Shown here: in pieces, positions 33,579 through 44,063 of the stretch | How the letters are laid out: every line of letters starts with the position of its first letter | Position numbering within the stretch: position 1 is the stretch's first letter | Virus record (IMG/VR): IMGVR_UViG_3300045988_140747 | Length of the DNA: 64,000 nucleotides | Strand: one strand, 5' to 3' | From: a virus | Translations under genes and position numbers: made by a program | The notes under the pieces: generated by a model | Seen by the model: only the letters and a program-made list of their open reading frames with translations | Databases searched by the model: none | What the model was told of the DNA's origin: nothing

Positions 33579-33842
33579 ATGATTCTCTCTAATATTGGCA
33601 CGAAGATTATCAATGTTGGCTCTACTGTTCTCATGCCTGGTGACAATATGAAGATCGATGCAGAAATTGCCACTCTGCCCGCCATCGAGGCATTCAAGGA
33701 AATGGGGTTTGTGGCTGTCATCGGTGAAGAGCCTGAGCACACCTCTGAACCTAATACAGCAGATGAAAACGTTGCTGACGAGGCGGCAACCGTTAAGCGC
33801 CGTGGCCGCAAGCCTGCTGCTGAGGAAGCTCCACAGGAGTAA
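33579..33842 (+). CDS. Hypothetical protein (87 aa)
   Basis: ORF in the head module. Confidence 0.4.
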   Translation: MILSNIGTKIINVGSTVLMPGDNMKIDAEIATLPAIEAFKEMGFVAVIGEEPEHTSEPNTADENVADEAATVKRRGRKPAAEEAPQE

Positions 33843-33854
33843 CGGAGGAATTTC

Positions 33855-34244
33855 ATGCCCGCCATCGAGATTATTCGGCTCATCGGAGCGGAGTTTAGCG
33901 AAGTTGATGAAGATACCATTTTGAAATGGATCGAGCTGGTCAAACCGATGGTCAGCAAAAAGCAGTTTGGAGATCTCTATGAACAGGCTATTGCTTATCT
34001 GGTGTGTCACAAGCTGAAGATGTCCGGCAATGGTCAGAACCCCCTCGGAGAAATTGGCGCCATTGGCGTTGGGTTTTCCATCAGCAGCGTATCTGAAGGT
34101 GGAACCAGTGTTAGCTTTGGAGCTGGACAGAGTTCAAACCTCGCTACGGATGCAGAGCTCACGCTCACCGCCTATGGCCTGCAGTATCTGTCTCTCCGTC
34201 GGCTTGTAATTATTCCTATTCGATGCAGTGGAGAAAACCAGTAA
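33855..34244 (+). CDS. Head-tail connector (DUF4054/gp6-like)
   Basis: [18 protein letters not shown]...[17 protein letters not shown] matches the DUF4054 pattern. Confidence 0.5.
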   Translation: MPAIEIIRLIGAEFSEVDEDTILKWIELVKPMVSKKQFGDLYEQAIAYLVCHKLKMSGNGQNPLGEIGAIGVGFSISSVSEGGTSVSFGAGQSSNLATDAELTLTAYGLQYLSLRRLVIIPIRCSGENQ

Positions 34245-34254
34245 GGAGGACTTC

Positions 34255-34734
34255 ATGGGTGAGATTGCAAACGCTCTCGGACTTAATCTGACTCCAGAAG
34301 GCGCTGTTGCTATCGCAAGACTCGAAGAGCTGAACGGACTCACCATCGAGGTCGGCTATCACGAAGATCAGATTGCTGATGATGGAAAGACTCCACTCGC
34401 AGCTATCGCCTACTGGAACCACTTCGGAACTGTATCTGAAAATGGTTCCGTTGCTATACCAGCTAGACCGTTCATGGACGCGCTTAATACGCATAAGGAT
34501 CAAGTTCAACAAATTGCGCAAAGTGCCCTTTCATCTGCGGCATCTGGACAAGAAACAGCCTCGATTATCGGAGCTGCTGCCGTTGGCATCATACAGAAAG
34601 AAATTGTTGATGGAAAGTGGGTTCCGAATGCTCCTTCCACCATCAAGAAAAAGGGAAGTGCTCAACCCCTGATCGATACAGGTCATATGCGCCAGTCCTG
34701 CCATTTCGTAGTCAAGAATAAGGAGGAGCAGTAA
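34255..34734 (+). CDS. Head-tail joining protein (hypothetical)
   Basis: ATG follows AAGGAGGA; assigned by position. Confidence 0.4.
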   Translation: MGEIANALGLNLTPEGAVAIARLEELNGLTIEVGYHEDQIADDGKTPLAAIAYWNHFGTVSENGSVAIPARPFMDALNTHKDQVQQIAQSALSSAASGQETASIIGAAAVGIIQKEIVDGKWVPNAPSTIKKKGSAQPLIDTGHMRQSCHFVVKNKEEQ

Positions 34735-34739
34735 CTGCT

Positions 34740-35111
34740 ATGGTTTTCTTCAAAAAGCCGTACAAGGTAAGACGGTACGGAAAAACAGAGTGGACAAACG
34801 GCTATGCAGCTGCTCCGTATGAAGATATTACGCTGCATCTTGATGTTCAAGGAACCACTCGCACAAATCAAGATGATCCTGCCGGCAGATATCCAACTGG
34901 ATCTCTTACAGTGTACAGCGATGAAGCACTTCACCCTGCCGAGCCAGACAATCAGGAAACTGGCGACCGTCTTGAAATGATGGGGCGATGGTATATCTGC
35001 AAAAGTTCAGTGTACTGGGGGAACACAATACTCAAGCACTGGGTTTCCCAGTTTGAAGCTATCGATGGCGAACCGACCGGAGGTGAAAAAGGTGATAGCA
35101 TCAGCATGTAG
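34740..35111 (+). CDS. Head-tail joining protein (hypothetical)
   Basis: Assigned by position. Confidence 0.4.
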   Translation: MVFFKKPYKVRRYGKTEWTNGYAAAPYEDITLHLDVQGTTRTNQDDPAGRYPTGSLTVYSDEALHPAEPDNQETGDRLEMMGRWYICKSSVYWGNTILKHWVSQFEAIDGEPTGGEKGDSISM

Positions 35112-35682
35112 GGAGTACATAAGAAAACTCTTTTCTGATCTGTACCCCGGCTGCACCGTTATCTATTCGTATCCCGGGATCTCTCCAAGACCACCGCTTC
35201 CATATATCGTGCTTGACTTTGGAAAGGTGCAAACATCCAAAGTTAATGCCGCTATCGAAGACGGCATTCTTCAGCAAGCATGGTACAAAACCATTCCGTT
35301 TACTGCTGAGCTTGTCGCATCAAGCAAAGTGACCCACTCTGATGGAAGCATGAGCGTTTCTGCCTCTACTGTTGTAGATGATCTCGATAGGTCAATTCAG
35401 TTTCTGAGGAGTGATTACGTTGCAGATCAGTCCAGAGCTGTCAACATTGCAATCTCGGTCGCCGGAGACCCCGAGCCTGTTTACAATGCTGCACCCAGCG
35501 TTGAACGAGCAAAGTGTTCCTACTCCGTTGATTTTATTGAATCTACAGATGAATATGCTGCGCTCCATCCGGCAGATGGCGTCTATTCTGCAGATCATCC
35601 GAGTGCCGCATCCGAAAAGCTCACAAATATGCAAGCGGGTTGGTTCAACGAAGCTGAAATCATCCCAAAGGTTAATGAATAA
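35065..35682 (+). CDS. Tail completion/neck protein (hypothetical; start uncertain)
   Basis: Frame is open from 35053. Candidate starts are ATG 35065 or GTG 35095. Confidence 0.4.
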   Translation: MANRPEVKKVIASACREYIRKLFSDLYPGCTVIYSYPGISPRPPLPYIVLDFGKVQTSKVNAAIEDGILQQAWYKTIPFTAELVASSKVTHSDGSMSVSASTVVDDLDRSIQFLRSDYVADQSRAVNIAISVAGDPEPVYNAAPSVERAKCSYSVDFIESTDEYAALHPADGVYSADHPSAASEKLTNMQAGWFNEAEIIPKVNE

Positions 35683-35696
35683 AGGAGCGATTACGT

Positions 35697-36743
35697 ATGA
35701 ATATCGACAAGATCGTACAGTGCGATATTGCTATTTCTGAAGCGGTTTCCATCGATGGAGGATACGATACCATCCTGCTTATTGGTCCGCTTCCCAAGAA
35801 TCCCGGGGGACGGAGCACTCCCGATATTGCTGGATACTCCAGCACTCAGGAACTCAAAGAGGCTGGATTCGATACCGAAGATCCTATCTATATCGCAGCC
35901 TCAAAGGCTTTTTCCCAAACGCCGAAGCCCACAATGGTCATGGTCGCGGTACAGAAACTGATTTCTGGCTCGACAGAAAAGGTCGATGTCACTCTCGAAC
36001 GTGCCATGGGTGTTCCTGGCTGGTATTGCGTATGCCCTGCAGGAATCAAGGAAGACTTCTACCAGTCCATTGCTGACTGGGTTGAAGCCAATGAAAAACT
36101 TTGCGTTTGTGAAACCACCGGCATCTCCGCATCTCCTGTCACAGACTCTATGATGCGAACAGCTGTTATTCACGCATCTGCTGAAAACGACTGTATCAAT
36201 GTCGCATTTGCCGCAAAGTTCTTGGCCTATGACCCCGGTTCTGAGCAGTGGTCTTTCAAGACCCTGAATGCTATTTCCGCGCAGAGCCTGTCTTCTTCTG
36301 ACACGACAAAGCTCGAAGAGCGTAACATTTCCTACTACATCAGAATTGGGAATATGGCTATGGTTCAGGGCGGCAAGGTCTCTGGCGGAGAATGGATCGA
36401 TACTATCCGGTTCCGTGACTGGCTAAAGGCCACAATTCAGCAGAAGGTCTTGAACCTGATCGTGTCCGTTCCCAAAATTCCGTACACTGACCCGGGCATT
36501 GGCCTTGTTTATAACGCCGTCAAGGATGCACTTGAAGCCGGCGTTGCAGCTGGCGGTATCGCCGCCCCGTCTGCTTCTGAAGACAATTCGGCTCTTGTAC
36601 CAGCATACACCATTGAAGTTCCCCGCGCTGCTGACCTCGACGCATCTGAGCGCAAGTCTCGTAGGCTTCCCAGTGTCAAATGGTCCGCACAGCTTGCTGG
36701 CGCTATCATTGCTGTAAAGATCAGCGGCGTGCTGAACTATTGA
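35697..36743 (+). CDS. Tail sheath protein (DUF3383-type)
   Basis: 348 aa, immediately upstream of the tube, chaperone and tape-measure genes. The N-terminal pattern is typical of DUF3383 structural proteins. Confidence 0.55.
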   Translation: MNIDKIVQCDIAISEAVSIDGGYDTILLIGPLPKNPGGRSTPDIAGYSSTQELKEAGFDTEDPIYIAASKAFSQTPKPTMVMVAVQKLISGSTEKVDVTLERAMGVPGWYCVCPAGIKEDFYQSIADWVEANEKLCVCETTGISASPVTDSMMRTAVIHASAENDCINVAFAAKFLAYDPGSEQWSFKTLNAISAQSLSSSDTTKLEERNISYYIRIGNMAMVQGGKVSGGEWIDTIRFRDWLKATIQQKVLNLIVSVPKIPYTDPGIGLVYNAVKDALEAGVAAGGIAAPSASEDNSALVPAYTIEVPRAADLDASERKSRRLPSVKWSAQLAGAIIAVKISGVLNY

Positions 36744-36758
36744 GAAGGGAGAAGTTAA

Positions 36759-37178
36759 ATGCGAAACGATATCCACGTTTACAGCCCCGATAATGTTATT
36801 ACCGCTCTTGGCAACCATATGCCGAGCGGTTTCGCCCCGGACAGCTTCATCACCATTACTGAGCTTGGTGATGGTGTCACTGATGAGGCTGGTGCTGACG
36901 GAGAGGTCGTTGTGAATGTTTCCAACGATCCTCGATATGAGGTTAAGATGGTGTTCCTGTACGGCTCTCAAACGAACCAGTGGCTGCTGAATCGATACAA
37001 TCTGCTCAAGAACAATCCGAACAGCGGATTTTTCTCTATGCTGATTACCGATCTCGGCGATAACCCTAAGTTCACTGCGACTCAGGCATGGATCACAAAG
37101 CCTGCAGGCATTGCTTACGGAAAGGCCGGCAACAATCAGGAGTGGACACTGCACTGCATTGGCAAGCTTGGTGAGTAA
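36759..37178 (+). CDS. Tail tube protein (DUF3277-type)
   Basis: 139 aa, lying between sheath and chaperone. Confidence 0.55.
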   Translation: MRNDIHVYSPDNVITALGNHMPSGFAPDSFITITELGDGVTDEAGADGEVVVNVSNDPRYEVKMVFLYGSQTNQWLLNRYNLLKNNPNSGFFSMLITDLGDNPKFTATQAWITKPAGIAYGKAGNNQEWTLHCIGKLGE

Positions 37179-37195
37179 CAGGAGGGCAACTACCA

Positions 37196-37714
37196 ATGAA
37201 AATGAAGCGAATGTCCGTTAAAGAAGTTGACATCGGCGGTTTTTCCTTTAAAATCCGCCCGTTCGGTGCTATGGATGCAAGCTATATCTTTGGTGATGTT
37301 GTTTCCATTGTTCTGCCGATCATAGGAACAGTTGCCTTATCTTCTAACGATAGTGAAAAGGCATCCATTGCTGTCTCCGATAACATGAAGCTTGATGCCG
37401 AGTCGATTGCAACCTCTCTTGGAAAGCTGAACGGTAAAGAGCTTACGAATCTTATCCGCGAGCTGCTGCTCGATCACAACAATGTTTCCTTCAGAGACAA
37501 TGAAGCCGGCGGAGAGTTTCAGCGGCTCACACGGGACGATTTCGACGAGATCTTCTGTATGTACTTTGCCGGAGCTTTAAAGCTTTGCGCGGAGGTGCTG
37601 ATTCAGAACTACGGAAATTTTTTCGGAGATGCCAACACCCTCTTTGGAAGCCTGCTCGATCGTTTTCTGGCGGAGAAATCAAAGAGTACGGCCAGTTTGA
37701 CAACGAACGCCTAA
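37196..37714 (+). CDS. Tail assembly chaperone (G-like, short product)
   Basis: Lies upstream of the tape measure and contains the slippery site. Confidence 0.6.
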   Translation: MKMKRMSVKEVDIGGFSFKIRPFGAMDASYIFGDVVSIVLPIIGTVALSSNDSEKASIAVSDNMKLDAESIATSLGKLNGKELTNLIRELLLDHNNVSFRDNEAGGEFQRLTRDDFDEIFCMYFAGALKLCAEVLIQNYGNFFGDANTLFGSLLDRFLAEKSKSTASLTTNA

Positions 37715-37887
37715 GCGACCTGGAATGGCGTATGTATGCGCTCATCATGGATCATTCTGCATCCATGCAGGAGCTGAAGTACGTTTATACGTTGGATGAA
37801 GCTCTCATGCTCTATGATCTGCTTGAAATGCGCCAAGATCAGCAAAGAATCGAGTACGAACGTCAATCGGAGAAGGGAGGTGAGTAG
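37196..37887 (+). CDS. Tail assembly chaperone, -1 frameshift fusion product (GT-like)
   Basis: The -1 frame is open from 37585 to 37887. After a slip at T_TTT_TTC it reads NFFRRCQHPLW... Confidence 0.5.
37618..37624 (+). promoter_or_regulatory. Programmed -1 ribosomal frameshift slippery heptamer T TTT TTC
   Basis: An X_XXY_YYZ heptamer in the 0 frame (aaT TTT TTC) inside the chaperone gene. Confidence 0.5.
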
Positions 37888-37889
37888 CT

Positions 37890-39707
37890 TTGGCAGAAAC
37901 GATTATCAGTAAGTTCGTCAGCCTTATACAGACCAAGGTTGACCCTAAGAGCGTTCAGCAGACGCAAGCAACCCTGAAAAGTGTAAGGAGCTTTGCCGCT
38001 AAAACGCTTGGAGTCCTTGGTATTGGATTTTCTTTGTCATGGTTAAAGAACATTACAGAGGAGTTCAAAGGCGCCAATGACCAAATCCGTGGGGCTACAG
38101 AAGGATTGGGAGAGCAAGCAGAAATCCAGAAGAAAATTCTGGCTGCGGCAAACTCATGCCGTGAGTCTTACAGCGATATGGCCGGCTATGTTACCAGCCT
38201 GACGAGCAACAGTTCAAAAATCTTCCCAGTTGATGATGCAACGCGGTTTGCATCTATTGTGGCAAAGCTTGAAAAAGCTTCCGGCAAATCTGGAAACACG
38301 AATGCAACCATGACTGCCATGACAAAGATGGCGTCTACCGGAAATATTGACAAAACGAGTTTTGCTTCGCTTTCTCCTGAAGTTCTGAGCGTTCTTGAAA
38401 AGTCCCTCGGAAAGAGCAAGAAGCAGCTTGAATCAATGGCTGCGGCAGGCACACTCACCGCCAAAACGATAAAGAGTGCCTTCTTTGCAGCTGAAGAAGA
38501 TATCCAGAAAAAGTTCAACAATCTGGATCTGACGATTACGGATGCTACAAAGCATATTCGAAATAGTTGGGGTTTCTGGTTTGAAGATCTGGGCTCCACC
38601 TATAAGATCACTGATAAAATTGCGCGATTTCTCGTGGATGTCAGTGATAGGTTGATGTCCAAAGCCCAGAAAATCACAAGCTGGCTAAAAATCCTTGGCG
38701 ACAAGCTAGAAGGAACCGATAAGGTGTTGAAACTTATTGCGTTCTCTGCTGCAGCCATATTCCTCGCGATGAACGCCCAGAAAATCACGGCATTCCTTCT
38801 TACGGCCGTGAATTTTCTGAAAAGCTTTAACATTCAGACGGCGCTTGCTGCAGCTAAGTGGTTGCTTCTGTTCCTTGTGCTTGAAGATATCTGGACCTTT
38901 TTCCAAGGCGGGGACAGCGTTTTGGGCCGATTGCTTAAAGACGCTGGTGTTGATGTTGATGCTCTGCGAGAAAAAATCAGCACATTCTTTGATAATGCAA
39001 AGCAATGGTGCCAAGATACACTCTCCTCTATTGGCTCATGGTGGCAAGAACATAAAGACACTGTGCTCGCCGTCCTTCAATGGATTTGGCAAGGCTTTGT
39101 TGATTTGACCGCTGACATCATTACCCTCGGAGAACATTTGTTTGATCTTTTGGCCGGCCTTATCACTGGATTTCAAACTGGTGACTGGACTCAGTTCCTT
39201 ACTGGATGCAAAGAGCTGTGGCAAGATTTCCTTGATGTATTGAATAGACTTGGCGAGATTTGCTTTGGCGAGACATGGGAACCAATGAAGGAAAGTGCCA
39301 AGGAAATCTGGGACTATCTGACCGGATTTTTCGACTGGTTCGGAGACAAAATCAAGTGGGCAAAAGATCTTTGGAGTGGAGCTAAGGACATCTTGAACAA
39401 AGTCACCGGGAAGGATCAGGATGATCCTAAGCCAATGGGTGGTGGAAGCACATCCTCTGGAAATGGCTCTGGACGAAAAGGTGTCAGTGATTTCTTGGCT
39501 GGTGGACAAGGTGTATCTGGAAGGACCGCCGCAACAGCTCCCGTGTCCAACAACACTACGAACACCACTATAAAGCAGGAGAACAATCAGCAGTATACCT
39601 TCCATGTGTCTGAACGGGATGCTGCGGATAAGCTCCAACGGGAGGCCTATGCTCAAGGCAACAATTCTGCCATTCAGCTTTCACATGCTTTGAATTACGG
39701 GAGGTGA
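37890..39707 (+). CDS. Tail tape measure protein
   Basis: 605 aa, helical, with hydrophobic segments. TTG start 2 nt after the GT stop. Confidence 0.7.
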   Translation: MAETIISKFVSLIQTKVDPKSVQQTQATLKSVRSFAAKTLGVLGIGFSLSWLKNITEEFKGANDQIRGATEGLGEQAEIQKKILAAANSCRESYSDMAGYVTSLTSNSSKIFPVDDATRFASIVAKLEKASGKSGNTNATMTAMTKMASTGNIDKTSFASLSPEVLSVLEKSLGKSKKQLESMAAAGTLTAKTIKSAFFAAEEDIQKKFNNLDLTITDATKHIRNSWGFWFEDLGSTYKITDKIARFLVDVSDRLMSKAQKITSWLKILGDKLEGTDKVLKLIAFSAAAIFLAMNAQKITAFLLTAVNFLKSFNIQTALAAAKWLLLFLVLEDIWTFFQGGDSVLGRLLKDAGVDVDALREKISTFFDNAKQWCQDTLSSIGSWWQEHKDTVLAVLQWIWQGFVDLTADIITLGEHLFDLLAGLITGFQTGDWTQFLTGCKELWQDFLDVLNRLGEICFGETWEPMKESAKEIWDYLTGFFDWFGDKIKWAKDLWSGAKDILNKVTGKDQDDPKPMGGGSTSSGNGSGRKGVSDFLAGGQGVSGRTAATAPVSNNTTNTTIKQENNQQYTFHVSERDAADKLQREAYAQGNNSAIQLSHALNYGR

Positions 39708-39713
39708 CACGGA

Positions 39714-40295
39714 ATGACTGCTGCCAAGCCTGCCACTCTCGGAACGCTCGAATTCGATGCTGTCGTCTCAAGATCTGAAACTATGGATGCAGATATTCCT
39801 GAGTACGCCACCGAAGCTGGTTATTCTGTTAGCGATAACATCTGCCTCAAGGCATTAACACTTGATGTTGAAGCGGTTATAAGCAACACTCCCGTGACAT
39901 GGGCGAACATTCACTCCCCGTCGCAATCTCGTGTTGAAACGCTGTGCGATGAATTCCGAAAGCTGTGGAAAGAAAAGAAAACCCTCACTTTTTCCGCTGG
40001 CAGCGATGTATATGAGAACATGTGCATCGAAAGCCTGACACTGCCAAGAAAGGCCGAAAACGGAAGCAGCGTCTACATTTCTCTTACCTTGAAACAGGTC
40101 ACTGTTGCACAAAGTGATACCGCTGCTATTTCTATCAACTATGCCCGTGGCGGAAAATCTGGACAGAACACAGGATCAGGACAGCGTAAAACCACCTCTA
40201 CATCATCCGGGAAAAGTCAAGGGACAAAGAAAAGTCAAGGGACAAAATCTAGTATTTTGTGCTCTGGAGCAAAAGCGCTCGGCTTATTCAAGTAA
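39714..40295 (+). CDS. Tail/baseplate-associated protein
   Basis: Assigned by position after the tape measure. Has an S/G/K-rich C-terminus. Confidence 0.4.
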   Translation: MTAAKPATLGTLEFDAVVSRSETMDADIPEYATEAGYSVSDNICLKALTLDVEAVISNTPVTWANIHSPSQSRVETLCDEFRKLWKEKKTLTFSAGSDVYENMCIESLTLPRKAENGSSVYISLTLKQVTVAQSDTAAISINYARGGKSGQNTGSGQRKTTSTSSGKSQGTKKSQGTKSSILCSGAKALGLFK

Positions 40296-40304
40296 GGAGA
40301 AGAC

Positions 40305-40622
40305 ATGCAGTATTATGAAATATCTGTCCCTGACAGAAACGATTCTATTATGCGTGTTAGCTTCGATGGCGCGTATTACTACCTGCGAACGACTTGGAAT
40401 GAACACGGAGGATTCTGGCTACTCAGTATTTACGATGCTGACATGAATCTGCTTATCGGCATGGCAAAGCTTGTGTCCGGTGTGATATGGAACTTTTACG
40501 AAATTGAAAGTGTAGGTCCTCCTGGCATAATTGGCGTTCTTACGGACAATGAGAGAATCGGAAGAAACGACTTTGTTTCTGGCACAGCAAAGCTGGTTTA
40601 TCTTCCGTCGGATCAAATGTAA
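40305..40622 (+). CDS. Small baseplate-module protein
   Basis: Assigned by position. Confidence 0.4.
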   Translation: MQYYEISVPDRNDSIMRVSFDGAYYYLRTTWNEHGGFWLLSIYDADMNLLIGMAKLVSGVIWNFYEIESVGPPGIIGVLTDNERIGRNDFVSGTAKLVYLPSDQM

Positions 40623-40654
40623 GTTGCTCTGCACAAACTGGAACGGATGATTAC

Positions 40655-41533
40655 ATGGAATACTTCAATCGACAGTACCGTGTCCAAATCGGAAAGAACG
40701 GTACGATGGGCAAAGAAATCGGCAAGCCGGATCCTGAAACAGGTAGGTCAATTAGATGCCAATTCTCTTGTGAAATCGGAGATTCTTCCGCATCGAATAC
40801 GGGCAAGATCACTCTGTGGAATCTTTCCGACGAGACTCTCCGCCTTCTGGATCAAGAAGCTTGTCTCATTGAGCTTCGAGCTGGATATGGAGATGATCTC
40901 CCTGTAATAATGGGCGGCTCCTTGGTATCGTGCGTTACGTCTCCCGATGGAGCTGACTCTCAAACAGAAATTGAGTTCGTTGACGGATTCAAAAGCGCCC
41001 GTGACAACACCTTGAGCCTAAGCTACTCCGGTTCTGTAAACGGAAAGAAAATCGTTGAGGACGCTGCTAAAAAAATCGGCTGTGAAGTTCGCTATTCCAA
41101 CAGCGTAAAATTTTCTGATCTCAAAAATTTTGCGTTTGTTGGAAACGGAAAAACGCTCATAGGGAAAATATGCAACAAGTCCGGCCTCCGATGGAGCGTT
41201 CAGAATGGAATTGTCCAGATATGCACGCTTGATGAGCCGATCACGACAGCTGCATATCGCCTTGCCGCCGATACAGGACTTATTGGTTCTCCAAAGCCTG
41301 TCTATGAATCATCCCAAACCAGCAATAATAAGGGAAAGAACTCAACTAAGCGAAAGGCAAAAAAGGGTCTTGAAATTGAATACCTTTTGAACGGCCATAT
41401 CCTGATTGATGACTACATCAAGTTGGAATCTCGCAAATATAGCGGTAATTACCGAATGTCAAAAATAGCCTTTGATGGTGATACCGAAGGCGGAGACTGG
41501 ATCTGTAAAGCCCAGATTGTGGAGGTGAAGTGA
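40655..41533 (+). CDS. Baseplate hub protein (XkdQ / gpD-like)
   Basis: 292 aa; N-terminal YRVQIG...ITLWNLSDETLRLL...IELRAGYGDD pattern. Confidence 0.45.
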   Translation: MEYFNRQYRVQIGKNGTMGKEIGKPDPETGRSIRCQFSCEIGDSSASNTGKITLWNLSDETLRLLDQEACLIELRAGYGDDLPVIMGGSLVSCVTSPDGADSQTEIEFVDGFKSARDNTLSLSYSGSVNGKKIVEDAAKKIGCEVRYSNSVKFSDLKNFAFVGNGKTLIGKICNKSGLRWSVQNGIVQICTLDEPITTAAYRLAADTGLIGSPKPVYESSQTSNNKGKNSTKRKAKKGLEIEYLLNGHILIDDYIKLESRKYSGNYRMSKIAFDGDTEGGDWICKAQIVEVK

Positions 41534-41534
41534 G

Positions 41535-42176
41535 GTGAAGGATCGAGACTTCAAACAAGATGTTTATGAAGCACTGGATGAATTGATCTCATCGAAGATC
41601 AATGAAAGCATCCATACTTCAGCTCCCGGAAAGATCGGAAATATTACGGATAACTTCACCGCTGAAGTAAAGCCTGATCTCGAAGTTACAACTGACGATG
41701 GAGAGAAAATCCCGTATCCGAATCTTTCAGGAGCAAAGGTACTTATGCCATGTGGAGCAGGCGGCACAATCGGATTTGCATTTCCCGTCAAAAGCGGCGA
41801 TGGGTGTATTTCGCTGTTTAGCGAAGGGGGTACCGGATCCGATCTTAAGTTCGATCTTTCAAATTCTCTTTTGCTTCCCGGCCTATGTGGATCTTCTGGA
41901 GAACAGACAAAAAGATCTGGTACGGAGGATGCTGCCATTATGTATGCTCCCACCGCAACCATTACGGTAAAAAAAGACTGCATAGAGCTGAAGAAGAATG
42001 GAACCACGGTCAAAATTACTGACAGTTCTATTGATATCACCGGAGATGTAGCGGTCAAAGGGACCGTTCAGGTTAATGGAAATGTTACGATCTCTGGAAC
42101 ATTGACACTTGGCGGCATTGTGATGAACTCTCATACCCATGCCGGAGTGCACGGCCCGACAAGCGGTCCGCAGTGA
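41535..42176 (+). CDS. Baseplate central spike (gpV / Mu gp45-like)
   Basis: C-terminal beta-helix with the terminal NSHTHAGVHGPTSGP (HxH apex). Confidence 0.5.
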   Translation: MKDRDFKQDVYEALDELISSKINESIHTSAPGKIGNITDNFTAEVKPDLEVTTDDGEKIPYPNLSGAKVLMPCGAGGTIGFAFPVKSGDGCISLFSEGGTGSDLKFDLSNSLLLPGLCGSSGEQTKRSGTEDAAIMYAPTATITVKKDCIELKKNGTTVKITDSSIDITGDVAVKGTVQVNGNVTISGTLTLGGIVMNSHTHAGVHGPTSGPQ

Positions 42177-42571
42177 TTGGAGATTCAATTATGGCATTGA
42201 AAGATCTTGCCCTCAACTCGCAAGGAGATTTGTTCATCAATGAAAAAGGTGACTTTGAAATCATTGACTCAGTTCGCCAAGCTGTATCCATAAAGCTGAG
42301 ATGGATAAAAGGCGAATGGATCTTCAACAAAGCGCTCGGAACCCCGTACTTTGAATCCATCCTCATAAAAAATCCAAGTGAGCATTTGATTGAGAAGCTC
42401 ATCAAAGATCAAATCTTGAGCGTTGATGGGATTATCGGCGTTAGCTATATCAACTTGGTCAATGATCGCTCGAAGCGAACACTGACAGTCAAATTTGCGG
42501 CGAAAACTTCTGAAGAAGAAATAGAGAGCGAGGTGGAATTGTCTCATGCCGGATCTTGGAATAACACCTAA
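42173..42571 (+). CDS. Baseplate wedge protein (gpW/gp25-like)
   Basis: 132 aa, directly upstream of the Baseplate_J gene. Confidence 0.45.
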   Translation: MIGDSIMALKDLALNSQGDLFINEKGDFEIIDSVRQAVSIKLRWIKGEWIFNKALGTPYFESILIKNPSEHLIEKLIKDQILSVDGIIGVSYINLVNDRSKRTLTVKFAAKTSEEEIESEVELSHAGSWNNT

Positions 42572-44063
42572 AGGCTTTGTCATGCGCCGTTTGGACGAAA
42601 TCTATGATACTGCCTGCAAAAGGTTCAAAACAGAAGTTGGAATAGACCCGTCCGAGAATCCTCAGAGCTTTATGAATGTGCTCTTCACCATCTTTTCTGA
42701 TGAGCCTTCAATGCTTTGGGAGATATTCGCAGCCGGATATCAAAACCTTTTTCCTAATACTGCCGAAGGGATTGCGCTTGACAACTGTATGCAGCTTGGC
42801 GGAGTCAGCCGTATTGGACAGTCAAAAACAAAATACACTCTTGCCTGCACAGGGCGAGAAGGAACCACTATTCCCGTTGGCGCTATCGTTCAGACAAGCT
42901 CTTTTCCTCAAAGGCAGTTCCAAGCATCAGAAGTCTCTCAGATTTCAAGTGTAAATTGGAATGTCCTTGATATCGCTCCAATTGAGAGCATTTCTGGAGA
43001 CATTACTTTCACATTTGGCGTTGTGCGAAGCTCAACATCTGGCGAGGTTGGAGCCTACGACGAGTCAATATCTGTTACTAAAGATCTTTCGGTGTCCTCT
43101 TATGACGATGCCTTCAGTCAGATTTTTAGTGTGCTCCAAAATTTTAGCGATCTGAAAAAATACGGAATCTCCGTTTCAAAGATCGCTGATGATAGTGGAG
43201 GATCCGTTATCCGGTTCAAGTCCTCTGGTTCTTCTGATAGCTTTTCCGCCACGCTCTGCCGCTACATAACGGTGGTCTCGGTCACAAGCAATATTGCCTT
43301 TGAGAGCGTCGATTATGGAAGCGTCGTTTTGGCAAACGGAACCATAACAGATATCGTTACTACAGTAGATGGATGGAGCTCTTGCACCAATTGCATCGCT
43401 CCGATAAAGGGAAGACTTGTTCAGACTGATGCTGAAGCAAGATCCAGCTACACAAATCGAGTTGCCATGCGCGGAACCGGAACGGTTCTTAGCATCGCTT
43501 CTCTGCTGTACAACGATGTTGATGGGGTCACATTTTCCACTGGATACCAAAACGATGGTGATGAACCCGATTCTGCCGGAAGACCGCCTCATAGCATTGA
43601 AATGATCGTTCAGGGCGGAAGCGACGATGACGTTGCAAAAGTAATCTGGGAAAACAAGTCTGCTGGTATTCGGGCGTATGGATCTCATTATGCCTACGCT
43701 GTTGATTCCAACGGCCAAAAACAGTATGTGGAATTTACTCGCGTTCTGGATGTCTACTTGCTTGTGTCTGTTAAGATCACAAGTTCTGATGGACTGGATG
43801 ATGATTATGTCTCCAGAATTCAGACCCTTCTCCTTGATGAGCAGCTTCATACGGGTCAGGTGATCCGACTGCAAAAATTCATCAGGCCAATTCTCGAATC
43901 TGTTTCTGGAGTTGATTTTGTCGAAATCAGAGGGATGCTCAGTAGAACCCCTGACATTTCTGATGTGTCTGATGATGAGCTGTTGAACGGAGTTGTTCCC
44001 GTCAAAATCAATCAGCAACCGATTCTGACTCCCAAATGCATTAGGGTGGTGAAGACAACTTGA
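42546..44063 (+). CDS. Baseplate J-like protein
   Basis: 505 aa; assigned by position and size. Confidence 0.55.
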   Translation: MPDLGITPKGFVMRRLDEIYDTACKRFKTEVGIDPSENPQSFMNVLFTIFSDEPSMLWEIFAAGYQNLFPNTAEGIALDNCMQLGGVSRIGQSKTKYTLACTGREGTTIPVGAIVQTSSFPQRQFQASEVSQISSVNWNVLDIAPIESISGDITFTFGVVRSSTSGEVGAYDESISVTKDLSVSSYDDAFSQIFSVLQNFSDLKKYGISVSKIADDSGGSVIRFKSSGSSDSFSATLCRYITVVSVTSNIAFESVDYGSVVLANGTITDIVTTVDGWSSCTNCIAPIKGRLVQTDAEARSSYTNRVAMRGTGTVLSIASLLYNDVDGVTFSTGYQNDGDEPDSAGRPPHSIEMIVQGGSDDDVAKVIWENKSAGIRAYGSHYAYAVDSNGQKQYVEFTRVLDVYLLVSVKITSSDGLDDDYVSRIQTLLLDEQLHTGQVIRLQKFIRPILESVSGVDFVEIRGMLSRTPDISDVSDDELLNGVVPVKINQQPILTPKCIRVVKTT

